Origin: Podarcis erhardii
Lineage: Eukaryota
Length of the DNA: 64,000 bases
Reading direction: 5' to 3' (one strand)
Assembly (NCBI GenBank): GCA_964252035.1
Contig: OZ176207.1
Positions 60,824 to 64,000 of the stretch are shown here, piece by piece. Position 1 is the first letter of the stretch. Every line of letters begins with the position of its first letter. The notes beneath the pieces were generated by a model that was not told where the DNA came from, ran no database searches, and worked only from the letters and a program-made list of their open reading frames with translations. The translations under genes were made by a program, and so were the position numbers.

Positions 60824-62655
60824 TTTTTATTTATACCCCACCCTCCCCAGCCAAGGTCAGGCTCAGGGCGGCTATGGGTGAATCATGATATTACAAGACC
60901 GATACACTTTGACAAGAAAATGGCATTATTGATGACATCCAAAGCGATTTGAGAGAAGCAACAATATTGTGTGACATAAATTAATACACAAAAAGTATTA
61001 AATTTGTGACCTCTTATCTGGAAACAAAAAGAGGAGGGAATGCAATAACTGAAATTCTAATTCATTGTGATATAATTAGCTTTATTCATTTGGTAGTGAA
61101 AACTAAATATCTCTGTCAATCACAATTTAGAACAATGGCAGGAACAAGTTTTACCATGATGAGAGACATTTAACTGTTCTGTTGTATTCAGCTAAATTGT
61201 GACGAATGATTAGCTTTTAAAATAATCAATTTCATCCTTGTCACCCATAATCTTTTCCCATTCTGTATTTTGCATTCATTTCCAGCTGTAGAGGTGCACA
61301 TCAGGTGAGTTAATAAGCGGGGACGGACGGACGTAATTAACACATGCCCACAAAGGTTTAGTCAGAGTTATTTTTGTGACCAGAACTGGGTCAGAGGGTT
61401 AACTATAGTACATACTGAACCTGTCACTGCACTGTTATATTTCATAAGAATGAGAGATGACCAGACTTCAGGGAGTGTTGTTAACAGAACTGGTCTGATG
61501 ATAATATAGACCCATTTTTAAAATGTTAATCTGCATAATTCAGATGATGGGCTTATTGTGTGCCATTTAACACCATTTAATTATGCTTAGAAGTGGAACA
61601 AGTTAGTTGGGAATGAAGCCATTTCCTTAACAGATAGCTGCATCAGCAAATGGTAGGGAAGATGCTGTACAAATGGTACCAGTCTGTTGTGAGGAAGAGG
61701 GAATTCATACAAGAATGCCAGTAATAAGTCACAAAACTCCAACAGAAGAAGCACTTCAAATTGGTCCTAGGAAATTTGAGGATCTGGATATGTCCAGTAT
61801 CAAGGCTGGCCCTACAATTAGGCTGTGTCAGGAAGCTGACTTGGCTGTCATGGAAAGATGAAAAATTGTTGCTTATTTCATATAATATTCTCATACATTT
61901 ACTGCCAAGAAGGGAGAGAAGCACTTGCGGATTTTTCTGCCTTAGGTACCAAAATAGCTGGACTAGCCTTGGGTACTTTGCACCTTGATTTTAGTATGGA
62001 TAGATAATAATTTGTTTCTATGCCTCAGGCAGCAAAATGTCTTGGACCTGACCAGGATTTATATTGATTGTCTTCTTCAGGAGTAAAGCAATCTTATGCA
62101 TGTTTTTTATCCCGCTGCCTTGTCACAAGCTGTAAGTGTGCCACTGATACAAGACAGCTCAAAAAGACTGGATGGGATTTGCTTGCCTCTCAAAAAGACA
62201 ATCAGCCCCAAACCAATAAGAATAATGTTTGAGAGCCTGCACTTCAGATGTTTCATTAGAATACTTTCCATTTCCCCCTCTTTGAATGAAGATTTGTGGG
62301 TCACGATGTGATTATGCTCACAGTGTAATGTGGTGTCCTGAATATGCGCAGCTGAATAGGAATGCCTGATTTCTCAATCTTCAAGGAACTTAGGGCCTTT
62401 CGACACTCTCCACTTAAAGCAGTATAGCTGCTGTTTGATCTGACATTGTTAAGAGTGAATTTATAGCTGATTGTCAGCACCTTTGGTCACATGTCACTGT
62501 TATTACAGAGTGAATGTGGGGTTTTCCTTTCCACACTAATGGCCAGCTGTGCCTGAATTGTGAAAAATTCTATGACTGTAGTCATATCCCTTATGTACCC
62601 TTATGATCTTCCAGCCAGTTGTGAGCATGGGAGATAACTATTTTGTGGCTTATTA

Positions 62656-62894
62656 CAGTGGTACCTTGGGTTAAGAACTTAATTCATTCTGGAGGTCCGT
62701 TCTTAACCTGAAAATGTTCTTAACCTGAGGTATCACTTTAGCTAATGGGGCCTCCCACTGCCGCCATGCCGCTACCGCACGATTTCTGTTCTCATCCTGA
62801 AACAAAGTTCTTAACCCAAGGTACTATTTCTGGGTTAGCAGCGTCTGTAAACTGAAGCGTCTGTAACCTGAAGCATCTGTAACCCGAGGTACCA

Positions 62895-62897
<3 letters not shown>
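62656..62897. mobile_element. Tc1/mariner MITE; right end overrun by an (ATT)n microsatellite extending to 62936
   Basis: The left terminus is TA|CAGTGGTACCTTGGGTT and the right terminus is AACCCGAGGTACCA. Confidence 0.85.
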
Positions 62898-62936
<39 letters not shown>

Positions 62937-64000
62937 CCTCCTCCTAGTATTCTGGAATTCTGATCTTGTGGGAATATAAGACATTAGAAGAAGAGCTGTG
63001 TGTCTGCCTGAGCTGTGGCAAATCTGGTTAGTGTGATGAAAATTTGTCTTCTTCAGCTACAGATTAGGGTCATGGGCAGTATTTTGACCCTGTGCAATTC
63101 TGCCATATCTCTCCTCTGAACTGAGCTAGCAAACTGATACCTGTCACCATTCAGAAGGAAATGACACAAAACACATGCCCACCCCCACCACCCCACATGA
63201 TGCTTTTCACATGCCTCTCAAAGGAAAATATCTAGGTTTCATTCTGGATATTTCCCAAAACCAAACCAAAAGAAAACTAGAAGAAAATGCATTTCTAGCG
63301 CATTATTTCAGAATACTAGCTGAATAATGATGATGTTATGTGGCAGCATGCCAAAAACAAACAACCATCCCAGCAGCTATGCTGCTATAAGTGGTAAGTC
63401 CAGAAAGGCTCTTATTGTCATTGTATTTTACTTGCACTATGGATATGGTTTTGGTATTTTCAGTGTCTTTTCAAGAACAAATTCTATAATTCTGCAATAC
63501 TAGCAATGTCTATTGGCACCAGTTTAATAGAAGCAGATGCTCCATTTCTCTCCAGATTTGACCTTTTTGTCAAACAATGGCTCTCAGGGCAGGTGAACAT
63601 ATTTTATTCTCCCCACTGTCCCAACAGTAGGAAGTTTCAGGACACCCTTTTGCAGAGTTAGTTTCTTTGCTCAGAAAGAATACTACAGACATAGTACAAT
63701 GGCCTTTGTAATGAACTGTTTACAAAATAAATGTAGGTTGGGCAGATGGAAGAAATCCATACATCCATGCTATACTAGACCAATGTATTATCCACAGTGA
63801 TATATTTTGCAACCACTGTTGCCACTCAGAGGGCACACTGTGGAATACAACACTGTATATCTCTTGTTTATCATGGCATCCCATTCCACACACCACTGCT
63901 AAACCATGAAAGGGTTTAAGTCCTGCGTACTGTATTGTCTTTCTCTCCCCCTTCCTCTGGTACATCTGTGTGCATCTCTGCATGCAGTAAATGCAAACTG

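Overview
This window is vertebrate genomic DNA, most likely from a squamate reptile. A lacertid lizard is probable, inferred from four Sauria-type SINEs and the repeat landscape. It is AT-rich intronic or intergenic sequence dominated by mobile elements, and I could not recognise a host protein-coding gene, rRNA, tRNA or CRISPR array. The window opens inside a Ty1/copia element (protease tail, integrase, polypurine tract, 3' LTR) that has no RT/RNase H. This element sits in the 3' UTR of a minus-strand L1-derived short retroelement. A second, complete member of that short-element class lies at 41042-42893, with a 16-bp TSD and a poly-A tail. Both carry an intact ORF of 190-200 aa ending in a conserved ASD[IV]R[SN]PG-stop motif, which is the best candidate here for an undescribed element family. 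A 5'-truncated L1/Tx1 copy (48779-50725, 18-bp TSD) contains an apparently perfect 220-bp fold-back palindrome and a 14-bp twin-priming hairpin. Also present are three solo LTRs, hAT and Tc1/mariner MITEs with TSDs, RTE and L2 fragments, and microsatellites. A few exon-like segments occur, including a candidate 12-nt minus-strand microexon. All family assignments come from motif recognition, not database searches.
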